Below are positions 1 through 10,200 of a stretch of DNA of 64,000 bases, one piece after another. The stretch is from Ostreococcus lucimarinus (taxonomy: Eukaryota). The first letter of the stretch is position 1, and every line of letters begins with the position of its first letter. The notes under the pieces were generated by a model. The model searched no databases. It saw nothing but the letters and a program-made list of their open reading frames with translations, and had not been told where the DNA came from. The position numbers and the translations under genes were made by a program. Location: the NCBI GenBank assembly GCA_000092065.1, contig CP000592.1; one strand, written 5' to 3'.

Positions 1-279
1 CTCGTCTTCGACCTCGAGTCGACGAGCGATAACACCACGACGACGCGCGCGGCGCCCGGAGAGTTTCTTCGAGGCATCGCCCGCGCGCAGAGCGACTGGA
101 ACGCCGGTTGCTACGTCGAAATCATCGCCGATTTCGCCGGCTTCGACGACTCTCCGACCACCGCGGCGCGCGAGCCGTCGTCCGTCAAAATCGTTCTCAA
201 GAGCGCGTTCGGCTCGCCAACGCGTCTCTGGCTCGGTCGCGCGGTGGCCGTGTTCTCATCTCACGAAAACGCGCCGTAA
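1..279 (+). CDS. C-terminal fragment of an unidentified protein-coding gene (5' part lies outside the window)
   Basis: Frame 1 is open from position 1 to TAA at 277-279. It reads ...GEFLRGIARAQSDWNAGCYVEIIADFAGFDDSPTTAAREPSSVKIVLKSAFGSPTRLWLGRAVAVFSSHENAP*, which has normal complexity, unlike the Arg-rich junk frames. It is absent from the ORF track because it has no in-window start. Family not recognised. Confidence 0.35.
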   Translation, partial: LVFDLESTSDNTTTTRAAPGEFLRGIARAQSDWNAGCYVEIIADFAGFDDSPTTAAREPSSVKIVLKSAFGSPTRLWLGRAVAVFSSHENAP

Positions 280-406
280 ACGTTCGTTTGTATGATAGCA
301 CTCGACGCTTTCGCCGCGACGACCGCGCGGACGAACGGCGTTCGTCGAACGCCTTCGCGCGCGACGCCTCGCGCGCCTCACACCGCGACGCGCGCCGATT
401 CGCGAC

Positions 407-1126
407 ATGCGCGCGATCGCGCGCGCGCGCCCGTCGGTGGCGCCTTCGCGCGCGGTGCCGACGCCGCGACGCGGGACGATCGCGGTCGGTCGCGCGGCGC
501 GCGCGCGCGCGCGCGTCGACATCGTTGCGTCTCACGAGTGCGCGAACGCGCGTCGTCGCGTCGTCGTCGCGCGCGCGGCGACGAGCGACGACGCGAGCGA
601 CGACGCGAACGAGACGAGTGGGATGGCAAAGGTCAAGGCGTGGTGGCGAGACGCGGCGAAGATCGATAAGAAGAAGATTGCCTCGCTCGGTTCGGCGGCG
701 TTGCTGTCGTACGGGTTCGTGAGTAACGTGTTTTACGTGACGTCGTTGATGCTGGCGACGTACACGGCGGTGAAGACGACGGGGGCGAGCCCGCTGGTGA
801 ATTCGCTGTCGATGAAGACGTTCGCGTCGTCGTATTTTGGGTTGTGGATGATTCAAAACTTTTTGCGCCCGGCGCGATTCGCGTTGTCGGTGGCCATCTC
901 CCCGGGGACGGATAGAATCGTGGAGTTCTTTCGTAGGTACGCGCCGAATAACGATAAGAAGTGGGCGTTTGCGTTGACTGTGTTTTGCATCAACGTTGTC
1001 GGGACTTTTGCGTACATGTTTGCCGGGTTTGGATTGATCGTAGCGCTCACGGGCGTACCGCTGGAATTGTCATCTTTCGGCGGACTGTTGGCAGCCGCCA
1101 AAACGGCAAAGACGGGCGCGGTGTAG
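407..1126 (+). CDS. DUF1279/FAM210-like small membrane protein with an organellar-presequence-like N-terminus
   Basis: ATG at 407. The N-terminal 70 aa are Arg/Ala/Ser-rich and look like a presequence. The C-terminal part (from ATG 623, MAKVKAWWRDAAKIDKKKIASLGSAALLSYGFVSNVFYVTSLMLATYTAVK...RIVEFFRRYAPNNDKKWAFALTVFCINVVGTFAYMFAGFG) resembles the DUF1279 fold with two hydrophobic helices. The start could be 407 or 623. Confidence 0.5.
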   Translation: MRAIARARPSVAPSRAVPTPRRGTIAVGRAARARARVDIVASHECANARRRVVVARAATSDDASDDANETSGMAKVKAWWRDAAKIDKKKIASLGSAALLSYGFVSNVFYVTSLMLATYTAVKTTGASPLVNSLSMKTFASSYFGLWMIQNFLRPARFALSVAISPGTDRIVEFFRRYAPNNDKKWAFALTVFCINVVGTFAYMFAGFGLIVALTGVPLELSSFGGLLAAAKTAKTGAV

Positions 1127-1176
1127 CGCGCGCGCTGTCGAGGCTGATTGAAATTCAATTATTGTACGTGTGTTTA

Positions 1177-2088
1177 CTAATCGTCAAAGTGCAACGCGCC
1201 GTCGTCTTCGTCGTCGTCCGAGTACTCCTCTTCTCGCTTCAACACGGTGACGATATCGCGAATCACCGAACCGCCGTGTCCGCGCCGTTCGAGCCAAGCC
1301 ATCAGACGTCTTACGCGCGCCTGAAAGTCTCCGCGTTTATTCCTCTTAAACTGCGTTCGAGCTGCCTGCAAGAGTTCCTTTGCCCGCGTTCGTTCTAAAT
1401 TTTCCTCGTCGTCCTCGTCGTCGTCCTCGTCGTCGTCCTCGTCGTCTTCAAATAAATCAATCTTTATGGCCCCACCCTCCGCGAACACGGGCCCAAATCC
1501 TAAGTCTATGTCTCGATCATCCACGCCTTTCTGTCGCAGCGCCCCTCGCACGCGCCACGCCGCCCATCTCGAGTTTCTCCACTTGTACCTCGCGAACGCC
1601 TCTGCGTACGCGGCGTCGCTTTGCACCCCCGCGCGTTGCATAGCATCCAACGCCTCGTTCGCATCCTCAGCCTCGTATCCCTTATCGATCGTCAATTTAT
1701 CAAATAACTCCTTACGCGTGCGCGGTTTGTATTCGAGAAATCGCACGATTTGCGCTTTGGCGTCGTCCACGCGCGTCGGTTGAAACGCTCCGGTGGATTT
1801 GTACTTTGTCCCACTCAGTGGTTGATTCTTGAGCGATTCAAAGACGTCCGCGCGCGTCTTCTTCCTAGGCACCTCGGATGCATCGTCGGCGTTCGCCTGC
1901 GCGCGCGTGCGAAGCGCGAAGCCTCGCGTGCGCGATGGAAACGACGTCGTCGTCGCCGACTGGGACGAGTCCAACTTCAAACGCCTCGGCGTCGCCTCGG
2001 CGTGCGTGAGTCGTTCGGCCGGAGCCAGTGGGCGCGCGCACGCGGTACGAACGAATGTGAGAAACATATCGACGCGCGCGCGACGCAT
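1177..2088 (-). CDS. RecX-family-like protein, bacterial-type and probably organelle-targeted, with acidic poly-Asp/Glu inserts
   Basis: The minus-strand ORF has three-helix-repeat-like segments: KAQIVRFLEYKPRTRKELFDKLTIDKGYEAEDANEALDAMQRAGVQSDAAYAEAFARYKWRNSRWAAWRVRGALRQKGVDDRDID and RTRAKELLQAARTQFKRNKRGDFQARVRRLMAWLERRGHGG. The first ATG is at 2088 (MRRARVDMFL...). The upstream part of the track ORF (to 2169) would abut the TPS stop and is probably not coding. Confidence 0.45.
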   Translation of the reverse strand: MRRARVDMFLTFVRTACARPLAPAERLTHAEATPRRLKLDSSQSATTTSFPSRTRGFALRTRAQANADDASEVPRKKTRADVFESLKNQPLSGTKYKSTGAFQPTRVDDAKAQIVRFLEYKPRTRKELFDKLTIDKGYEAEDANEALDAMQRAGVQSDAAYAEAFARYKWRNSRWAAWRVRGALRQKGVDDRDIDLGFGPVFAEGGAIKIDLFEDDEDDDEDDDEDDEENLERTRAKELLQAARTQFKRNKRGDFQARVRRLMAWLERRGHGGSVIRDIVTVLKREEEYSDDDEDDGALHFDD

Positions 2089-2176
2089 GCGATGGCGAAA
2101 CCGCGCGCGGTCGTTTGAAGACGATGCAAGCGAAAAAGAGATGGATACGTTTCCGTGATAGTAATACAAAATTGAA

Positions 2177-4898
2177 TCAGTGTCTGTGGCAGACGTTGTA
2201 TTGAGCCAACGTTTGCAACATGTTGACCACGTCGTCGGTGTCGTCGAGATACGCAGGCGCCTTGCTCGGTTTTTGACCTATGGTTGATGTGTAAATGGAC
2301 GCGCCGGCGTAGAGCGGGAGCTGCGCGTGCGTGTTGACGGCGACGAACATGTCCTCGTCCGAACGGTCGTCGCCAACGGCGAGAACGAAATCGGCGACGT
2401 CAGCGGAAGATTGCGTGTCTAAAAGTTGGTTTATCACCAGACCTTTGTGCACGCCCTTGGGTTTGATCTCGACGGTGCCATTTCCGGCGATGACGTCCAC
2501 GGGGTCGCCGTGTAACACGCTCTCGAGGTGATCGAGAAGTTCCTTGGCTTGCCAAGCCCCAAAATCGGGATCGGCGTCTCGATAGTGCCACACGCAAGAA
2601 CTTTCTTTGGACTGGATGAACGAACCGTCCGTCGCTTCGGCATACTGCTCTAAAATTGGTAGGACGGTATCTTTCCACTCGAGCACGCTGTTGTCCGTGC
2701 CACTCGGAGCAAGCTCGTTCCACGCCACGTCTGATCCGCGGCGGAACCAGTATCCGTGCTCAGCCACCATGCAAAGACCAGGAATATTACCGAACCACTT
2801 GTCTAAAGTCTCGCGCTCGCGTCCAGACACGATACACACCTCGTTTGCGTCGTCATTTACGAGGACGGTGAGGAGGGACAATAAATGCGCCGTCGGCGGC
2901 TGCGCAAAGGATGCCAGTGGTACTAGCGTACCGTCGTAATCGATCACGAGCTTTCGACGAGTCGCCTTGAGGTAGTTGGCCACCACACCGGCCGTGTCGA
3001 GCTTTCGGAACGTCGAACTGAGATGCACGACACGGAAGTTCAACCCGAAACCCAAACCGTAGCATCGGTTGCTCTGAGCCTTCTCTGTCACGCGCTGAAG
3101 CTCGGCGAGGCAAGATTGCGCCCAGAAGCCGACGTGGTGCTCGCTAACGTAGCGCCAGTGCTTCTCATGACGAGCTTCATGCTCGTGACCGCTCATTTGA
3201 AGTGCTTTGTACATGGAATCCGCGACATCCTCTTCGTGCCACGGGTTGACGCGAAGCGCCCCTGAGAGCGACGGCGAACACCCGGTGAACTCAGAAATAA
3301 TCAAAGAGGATTGTCGTGGCAACGAGAAACCATCGGACGTGCCCTGGGACTCGTCATTCGGACCCTGTCTACAAGTTATGTACTCGTATGGCGCAAGGTT
3401 CATACCATCGCGCGTGGCCGTGACCACAGCGATGTCCGCGACTGAGTACAACGCGATGCGCTCGTGCAGCGGCACGGGCCTCACTTCAAACTTCACAACG
3501 TTGACACCATTCTTTGCATACTTGTCATTTATTCTCGCCACCATCGAATCCACGGTCGCTCGCAAATCATCAATGTCCCGCCCACTTCCGCGAGGTGGAT
3601 TACACACTTGATACAGCACAATTTGCTCGGCGATTTCTGGGTGTTCGTCGAGCATGCGTTCAAACGCCGCGATTTTCTGATCGATTCCCTTGAACTCGTC
3701 GAAATCATCGAGACCAAGCAACATTTTGCGCCCCGCAATTTCGGTGACGAGTTCTTTCCGACGATCCTTGCACATTTGTGCGTCTAAAACATCTCGCAAA
3801 CGCGACGTCTTCACGCCAGTGGGACAAATCTTAACCGACACGAGTCTGCCGAAGTTGTCGATGACGAGCGACCCGCGCTCCATCCTATGATTTAATCCGA
3901 GCAACCGCGTGCAGCACGACAAAAAGTGTCGAGCGTAATCGAACGTATGAAAACCGACAAAGTCGGCATTTAAAAGTCCGCGCAGGATTAAATCTCGGTT
4001 CGGCGTCGTTCTGAAGATTTCGCTCGACGGAAACGGGCAGTGCAAAAAGAAACCACACTTGACGGCGTTGAAGCGTTTACGCAGAAACGTCGGCAAAAGC
4101 ATCAAGTGGTAATCGTGCACCCACACTTGATCGTCATCACTGCACACCACTTCCATCAGCTTATCCGCGAAACGCTTATTCGCCGCGATGTACGCCTGCC
4201 ACTGATGTTTTTGAAATCGCGAATCCAACGGCGACATCGGCAAGACGTAGTGCATCAGAGGCCACAGATACTGTTTACAGAACCCCTTATAAAAGTTCTC
4301 CTTGGTATCTTCGGGCAAAAACACCGGCACCGCATCAAATCTCGCCTCTAAATCGTTCGCCACCGCCTCTTGCAACTCAAACGGCACTTGCATCGGCAAC
4401 TGTCCGACGTTTATCACCGCGTCGTACTGCCCGTTCGCCTCCGCTCCTTCCCGACATTGATCGTAAATGCTATCCCCATCCTTTTCGAACGCATACTTGT
4501 GTCCGTACGGTTTCCCCGCCTCCGCGTCCTCTCGCATCTTCAGCGGTAACGAATTACTGACGATGAAGACGCGTTCGACGCGCGGTTCGCTCGCCCCGCT
4601 CGCCCCGCTGAGATCGGCGCTCGACCCGCCGATCGTGTTCGGCTTCCCATCGTTCGCGTCCTCCCCGATCAGCGCTGTTCGTTTCGCAGACCACATCGCG
4701 CGCATCGTCAGTCCGTCGTTCTCGCGCGACGCCCGCGCGCGCGCGCGCCGCGAGCGCGTCTCGACCGCTCGAATCACCAAAAAACCCAAGACTCCGATTC
4801 CGCGTTTCGTCGCTTCGCGCGCGTCGATCGACGCCGCGCGCGCGATTCGCACCTTGTAAGTCCGTGACGGATGAGTTGTTATTCGCCGTGCGGCGCAT
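2177..4898 (-). CDS. TPS: Trehalose-6-phosphate synthase/phosphatase (class II TPS; GT20 synthase domain plus HAD phosphatase domain), probably two exons
   Basis: The 953-aa track ORF has a GT20 synthase domain (..WVHDYHLMLLPTFLRKRF..., LGLDDFDEFKGI) and a C-terminal TPP-like domain (KLVIDYDGTLVP...IVSGRERETL). The Arg-rich N-terminus of the track ORF is spurious. Proposed model: exon 1 at 4853-4898 (ATG CGC CGC ACG... encoding MRRTANNNSSVTDLQ), GTGCGA donor, intron 4675-4852 with ACTGAC 30 nt before the ACAG acceptor, exon 2 at 2177-4674 (ALIGEDANDGKPNTIGG...). The alternative intronless start is ATG at 4705. Confidence 0.8.
4675..4852 (-). other. Putative spliceosomal intron 1 of the TPS gene (178 nt)
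   Basis: Donor GTGCGA directly after exon 1 in phase 1. ACTGAC motif at 4712-4707, 30 nt upstream of AG (4676-4675). Splicing restores the TPS frame (G+CG gives Ala). Confidence 0.5.
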
Positions 4899-5209
4899 CG
4901 CGAGCGCGCGCGCGGTCGTCTGCGGCGCGCGACGGGACGACGAGTCGCCCGTCCGATTCTGTTGCACCGCGAGCCGACGCCGCGAACGCGCGCGACGAGA
5001 CGAACGCGAATTCGCGCGCGCGATGGACGCCGAAACAAACAAAATTACAACAAAACGAAAACTCCGACGCGCCGTCGCGACGCCGCGGCGCCGCGCGTCG
5101 CGCGCGTCCGATCGAAATCGAGCGTCGAGCGTCGAGCGTCGAGCGTCGCGTCGCGCCGGATAAAGCGCGCGCGTCGTCGTCGTCGCGCGACGCCTCCGCG
5201 TCCGCGCGC

Positions 5210-5638
5210 TCACGCGTCCAAGATCTTCTTCGCCGCGAAAAACGTCATGAAGAACAGCGGCACGTCCGCCAGGTGCGACACGAGTCCCCCGAGCCGTCGC
5301 TTCGCCGGGTCTCCCGTGGCGTACCCGCGAATGTACTCCACGCGACCGACCGCCCACACGCAGAGCAGGATCGCCGACGCCCGCGGGTACGCCAGTCCGC
5401 TCGCCGTCCCCATCGCGATCACCGGCGCGTAGTTCTCCAGCGTGTTCTGGTGTCCGCGCTGCACGCAGTCGAACTGTTTCTTCTTTTCGTGTCCCGGCGG
5501 GGCGTACAGGTCGGGGTACTCGACGCCGTGCGCCTTCCGCGCGCGCGCGACGCGCACCGCGCCGTAGACGAGCGGCACGAAGCACGCGCCGACGGCGGCG
5601 ACGACGCAGCCGAACTCGCTCGCGATCTCGAGCGGCAT
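5210..5638 (-). CDS. MGST3: Microsomal glutathione S-transferase 3-like protein (MAPEG family)
   Basis: MPLEIASEFGCVVAAVGACFVPLVYG...HEKKKQFDCVQRGHQNTLENYAPVIAMGTASGLAYPRASAILLCVWAVGRVEYIRGYATGDPAKR matches the MGST3 signature FNCIQRAHQNTLE...RV.YA.GY.TG.P.KR. ATG at 5638. About 142 aa, three to four TM helices. Confidence 0.75.
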   Translation of the reverse strand: MPLEIASEFGCVVAAVGACFVPLVYGAVRVARARKAHGVEYPDLYAPPGHEKKKQFDCVQRGHQNTLENYAPVIAMGTASGLAYPRASAILLCVWAVGRVEYIRGYATGDPAKRRLGGLVSHLADVPLFFMTFFAAKKILDA

Positions 5639-5763
5639 CGCGGCGAATCGATGAATCGTTCGGTGAATCGTTCGTTCGACGCGTCGATCAGTGCCGCGCC
5701 GCGCCACTCCGCGCCGCGCCGAAAACGCCGCGCGCGTCCGGCGCCGAAAACGCCGCGCCGTCG

Positions 5764-6606
5764 ATGCGGCTGGAGACGTACGAGGCGATCCGACGCGAGA
5801 TCGCGGCGACGCCGTGCGACGCCCACCCGAACGTCGACGCGCTTCGCGCGGCGCATCCCGAGCTCACGCTCGACGCGCTCGTGAGCATCGCGTCGCAGGA
5901 GTCGTCGCGAAGGATCCGCGCCGCGCACGGACGGCAGGTGCGCGCGATCGAGGCGCACGCGCGGCGGTACCTGCTGGGGGAGGATGTGTTCAGCGTGGCG
6001 CAGAACTTAGACTTTCCGGCGTGTCAGTTGATGCGGTTGCTGCTCGAACACCTGCTCGGGGTGGGGCACAAGGCGGTGGGGGCGCTGCTCAGGGACCCGC
6101 ACGGGAAGATACCGGCGACGCCGGCGGCGGGGACGCCGGCGGCGGCGCGCGGGGCGAAGCTGTGTCGGCGGTTGCGGTTGGACGTCGAACGCGTGACGGC
6201 GTGGGATCATCACGCGTCGCCGGCGGTGGACGCGCTGCGACACAACGCGGGGAAGGAGTACGAGGAATTGTTGGAGGAGATGCTCGCGGCGGAGGGGATA
6301 CCGTTCGTGACGGAGCGGGATTTACGCGCGGACGGACACGCGCGGACGCCGGATATCAAACTCGAGGTGCCGATCGCCGTGCGCGGGCGAATAGTGAATT
6401 GGATAGACTCCAAGGCGTCGTTCAGCGATCCTTTGGTGCACGTGGAGAAGGGCGTGGAACAGTTTCAGGGATACGTCAACAGATTCGGGCCCGGAATGGT
6501 GATTTATTGGCACGGCATCGTGGACGAGTTGAACGACGATCCCAACGTCTTGCTCGTCGACGCGTTTCCTCACTCGAGCGACATCGTCAAGCTTCGCATG
6601 ATTTAG
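5764..6606 (+). CDS. CDIN1: CDIN1 (C15orf41)-like PD-(D/E)XK nuclease-fold protein
   Basis: The C-terminus, TPDIKLEVPIAVRGRIVNWIDSKASFSDPLVHVEKGVEQFQGYVNRFGPGMVIYWHGIVDELN, closely parallels the conserved CDIN1 C-terminal nuclease-like motif (TPD..L..P..V.G..I.WIESKASFGD...NRFGPG.VIYW.GF). ATG at 5764. Confidence 0.65.
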   Translation: MRLETYEAIRREIAATPCDAHPNVDALRAAHPELTLDALVSIASQESSRRIRAAHGRQVRAIEAHARRYLLGEDVFSVAQNLDFPACQLMRLLLEHLLGVGHKAVGALLRDPHGKIPATPAAGTPAAARGAKLCRRLRLDVERVTAWDHHASPAVDALRHNAGKEYEELLEEMLAAEGIPFVTERDLRADGHARTPDIKLEVPIAVRGRIVNWIDSKASFSDPLVHVEKGVEQFQGYVNRFGPGMVIYWHGIVDELNDDPNVLLVDAFPHSSDIVKLRMI

Positions 6607-6770
6607 TTCGTTCGCGCGCGCGACGAAGGCCTCGCGCGACGAAGGCGTCGCGTTTCGCTGATTGTAACACATTGTAACGCGCGCTAGCGCTAGACGACGT
6701 CCCCGGCGTCTCCGCGACGCGCGCGTCGACTCGCCCCGCGATTTCCTCGCCGCTCGCTTCCCCCCCCCGG

Positions 6771-7211
6771 TCACCCCGCAAACGTCGCCGAATCGTATCC
6801 CATGTTTTCTCGCGCCACGTCCTCGAACGTCACGTACACGCGCGTTCCCGCGATTCCGAACGTCTCGCCCAACAGCGCGCACACGTCCTCGCTCACCGCC
6901 TTGTTATTCTCCAGATCGATCCCTCCCAGGCTCGTCAGCCTGCACAGCGCGCAGTCGTCGTCGGACCCTCCCCAGACGATGTCCGCGCGGTCCACGACGC
7001 ACACCGCGACGTAGCTCTCGGGCTTTTTCAGCGTCTTCGCGACGCTTCGGCTCGCCGCGAGCATGAACGCGCGCTTCCTCGACCCCATGTCCACGTTCGT
7101 GTGCACGACGAGCGTCGGATCGCCCGGCAGGTCGACGAGGTCGCGCCTGATCGCGCCGAGCGCCGCGCGCGGCGTCGCGACGCGCGCGCGGGGCGCGATC
7201 GCGACGCGCAT
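6771..7211 (-). CDS. MIF: Macrophage migration inhibitory factor / D-dopachrome tautomerase family protein with a 31-aa N-terminal extension
   Basis: ...DPTLVVHTNVDMGSRKRAFMLAASRSVAKTLKKPESYVAVCVVDRADIVWGGSDDDCALCRLTSLGGIDLENNKAVSEDVCALLGETFGIAGTRVYVTFEDVARENMGYDSATFAG* aligns along its whole length with MIF (MPMFIVNTNV...FGGS..PCALCSL.SIG.I...N...S..L...L...L.I...RVYI.....N.GW...TF). The catalytic Pro is preceded by Asp, not the initiator Met. The first in-frame ATG is 31 codons upstream, at 7211. The rest of the 502-aa track ORF is Arg-rich junk. Confidence 0.7.
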   Translation of the reverse strand: MRVAIAPRARVATPRAALGAIRRDLVDLPGDPTLVVHTNVDMGSRKRAFMLAASRSVAKTLKKPESYVAVCVVDRADIVWGGSDDDCALCRLTSLGGIDLENNKAVSEDVCALLGETFGIAGTRVYVTFEDVARENMGYDSATFAG

Positions 7212-7259
7212 TCGCGCCGGGCGTCGCGATCTGCCGACGCCGCACTTCGCGACGCGCCG

Positions 7260-10200
7260 ATGCAGCCGCCGCCGATCGGGCCGCCGCCGATCGGCGCGCC
7301 GCGACGCGCGCCGCCGCCGATCGGCGCGCCGGGCGCGGACGCGGGCGCGCGCGACGCGCGTTCGACGCACGATTGGCGCGGCGCGCCGGGACGCGGGATG
7401 GATGGGCCGGACGCGCGCGCGGCGCGCGCGGGCGAACCGAACGGGCAAACGCACGCGGGCGGTCAGACGCACGTCGCGCCGGGCGCGGTCGCGGCGGACG
7501 CGCGCGCGGGCGCGGGACGGGGCGCGCCGGCGATGGGATCGAGCGGCGGATTCGACGGAGGCGGCGGATTCGCGAGCGCGAGCGCGCCGACGCCGGGGGC
7601 GCCGGGGACCGGGATCGCGCCGCCGGTGACGATGGGACGCGCGATGGGAGGGATGCACGCGCCGCCGGCGATGGGAGGGATGGCGGCGATGGCGCACGGA
7701 CAGGGGATGGTGCCGTCGACGGCGAGCGCGCCGCCGATTGGCGCGCCGCCGATCGGCGCGCCGCCGCAGTCGCCGCAGTATCCAACGCAGTATCCAACGC
7801 AGTATCCGCCGCAGTATCCGCCGCAGTCGCCGATGGGGATGGCACCGCAACCGCCGATGGGGGCGATGGCGCCGCCGCCGGTGCCAGGTCCGGGGATGCC
7901 CGCGATGGGAGGGTACCCGCAGGCGGGCGGTTACGGCGCGCCGGCGATGAACTTTGTGGAGGATTTCGCGTCTCTGAACCTCGGTCCGGGCGGTGGTCCC
8001 GGTGGGGAGGCTGGAATGGATCCCGCGACGTTTCCTCGACCGGGCGACGACGAAGCGCGTCCGAACTTGGAGCTTTCGTGCGATCCCAAGTACATGCGTC
8101 TGACGTGCGGGGCGCTGCCGTCGAGCCCGAGCTTGAAGACGAGGTTCGCCATGCCGCTGGGATGCATCGTCCAGCCGCTCAGACCTGGAGATGAGACGAC
8201 GGTGAAGACGGCGCATTTCGGGAGCTCGGGTATCGTGCGATGCCGCAGATGTCGAACTTACATAAACCCTTTCGTGCAATTCACAGACGGCGGGCGGCGA
8301 TTTAGGTGCAACGTGTGCGCGCTGCCCAACGAAGTGCCGGTGGATTACTTTTGCACGCTCGACGCGAACGGGGTGCGTCGAGACATCGCCGAGCGCCCTG
8401 AGTTGAACAGTGGAACGGTTGAATTTTTAGCGAGCCAAGAGTACATGGTGCGACCGCCGATGCCGCCGTCCTACTTCTTCGCCTTGGACGTGTCGCACAC
8501 GGCGGTGAATAGCGGCTTTTTGAAACAAACGGTGGAGGTGATTCGGGACTCCCTCGACGTCATGTCGAAGAAGAGCGAGCGCACGCGGGTCGGATTCTTG
8601 ACGTACGATTCGACGTTACACTTTTATAGCCTGAAGGCGAATCAGTCTCAGCCGCAAATGATGGTAGTCGCCGAGCTCGACGACCCGTTTTGTCCGATGC
8701 CAGACGACTTGCTGGTGAATCTCGCCGAGTCGCGCGCGGTGATTGATGCATTTTTAGACATGGTGTGCGATACGTACGCGCAGACGCAAAACATGGAAAG
8801 TGCCATGGGCCCGGCGATTCAAGCCGCGTTCTTAGCTATGTCTCACATCGGTGGTAAGCTTCTCGTGTTCCAATCCTGCCTGCCCACGCTCGGCGCGGGA
8901 CGCATGATCAACCGCGACGACACGCGAGCGAGCACGGATAGCACGAAGGAACACCTGCTTCGCGGCCCGGTCGATGGTTTCTTCAAGAAGACCTCGGCAG
9001 AGTGCTCACGACATCAGATTTGTATCGATTTGTACACCATCGCGGCGCCGTTCTCTGATTTGGCCTCCATGGCGGTGTTGTGCAAGTTCACCGGAGGCGA
9101 GTTGCGACATTACCCCGGTTTTACGCCGGACAAGGATGGGGTAAAGTACGCAAAGGAGCTGAAAAATAATCTCACGCGCTTCACCGCGTGGGAAGCCGTG
9201 TGTCGGGTGCGATGCAGTCGAGGATTTAGAATCTGCGCCTTCAACGGGCACTTCTTCATTCGATCGATGGACTTGCTCGCGCTCCCGGCGACGGATGGCG
9301 ACAAGGCGTACGGCGTGCACATCGCGCACGACGAAGTGGTTCCGAGCACGAACATTTCGTACTTGCAGTGTGCGCTACTGTACACCTCCGCAGAAGGAGA
9401 ACGCAGAATCCGAGTGCACACGATGGCGGTTCCGGTGGTGACAGACATAGCAGAGATGTACCGCGCCGTGGACTGCGGCGCCATGGGCGCGTTCATGGCG
9501 CGTTTGGGCGCCGAGCGCACGCTCACGGTGCGATTGCAAGATGCGCGCGAGGCGGTGATGACCAAGGTTGTCGCCACGTTGCGTGAGTTCAAGTTGCTCA
9601 ACACGCAAGCGTCGAGAGCGTTCAATAGGCTCATCTTCCCCGAGAGCATGAAGTTACTTCCGTTGTGGATCTTCGCCGCGAGCAAGAGCACGGCGATGCG
9701 AGGCGGCCCGCGAGACGTCCCCGTCGACGCGCGGATCGCCGCTGTGTACGACTTCATGTCTGCCTCGACGGAAGAAATCTTAAAGCTGCTGTATCCCACG
9801 ATGCACGCCTTGCACACGATGCCCGAGGAAGCGGGTACGAAGGACGAATACGGCAGAGTGATTTTGCCGCCGCGCACCGTCCTCGCGGGCGAGCGCATCG
9901 ACGCTCGCGGCGCCTACCTCGTCGACGACGGTCGTCGCCTGCTTTTATGGCTCGGAAAGATGCTCGACCCACAGTTCGTCGCCGCTTTGTTCGGCCCTAG
10001 CGGTCCTCCGAGCGCGGATGTGGACTGCAACCTCCCTCATCTGGACACCGACGTCTCGCGTCGCGCGCGCGCCGTCGTCGACGACATACGCGCCGAGGCG
10101 TCCCGCGCGCGTCATCTCGCCCTCACCGTCGTCATCCAAGGCCATCCGAGTGAGACGCAATTATTCCCTTACCTCATCGAAGATCGAGGCGCGGCCAACG

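Noticed and set aside
108-856. Overlapping 200-aa ORFs on both strands made almost entirely of Arg/Ala/Ser/Asp (for example 108-722 plus, 197-856 minus)
   Set aside because: These are compositional artefacts of 70% GC with CGN/GCN codons in every frame. They have no protein-like complexity and overlap the supported DUF1279-like gene. The same applies to 4554-5585(-), 4871-5884(+), 5691-6677(+), 10410-11588(-), 29962-32202(-), 53490-55091(+), 54196-55038(-), 60688-61689(-) and similar ORFs.
6771-8279. 502-aa minus-strand track ORF
   Set aside because: Only the C-terminal 146 aa form a real MIF-family protein. The upstream 350 aa are His/Arg-rich junk antisense to the well-supported SEC24 N-terminus.
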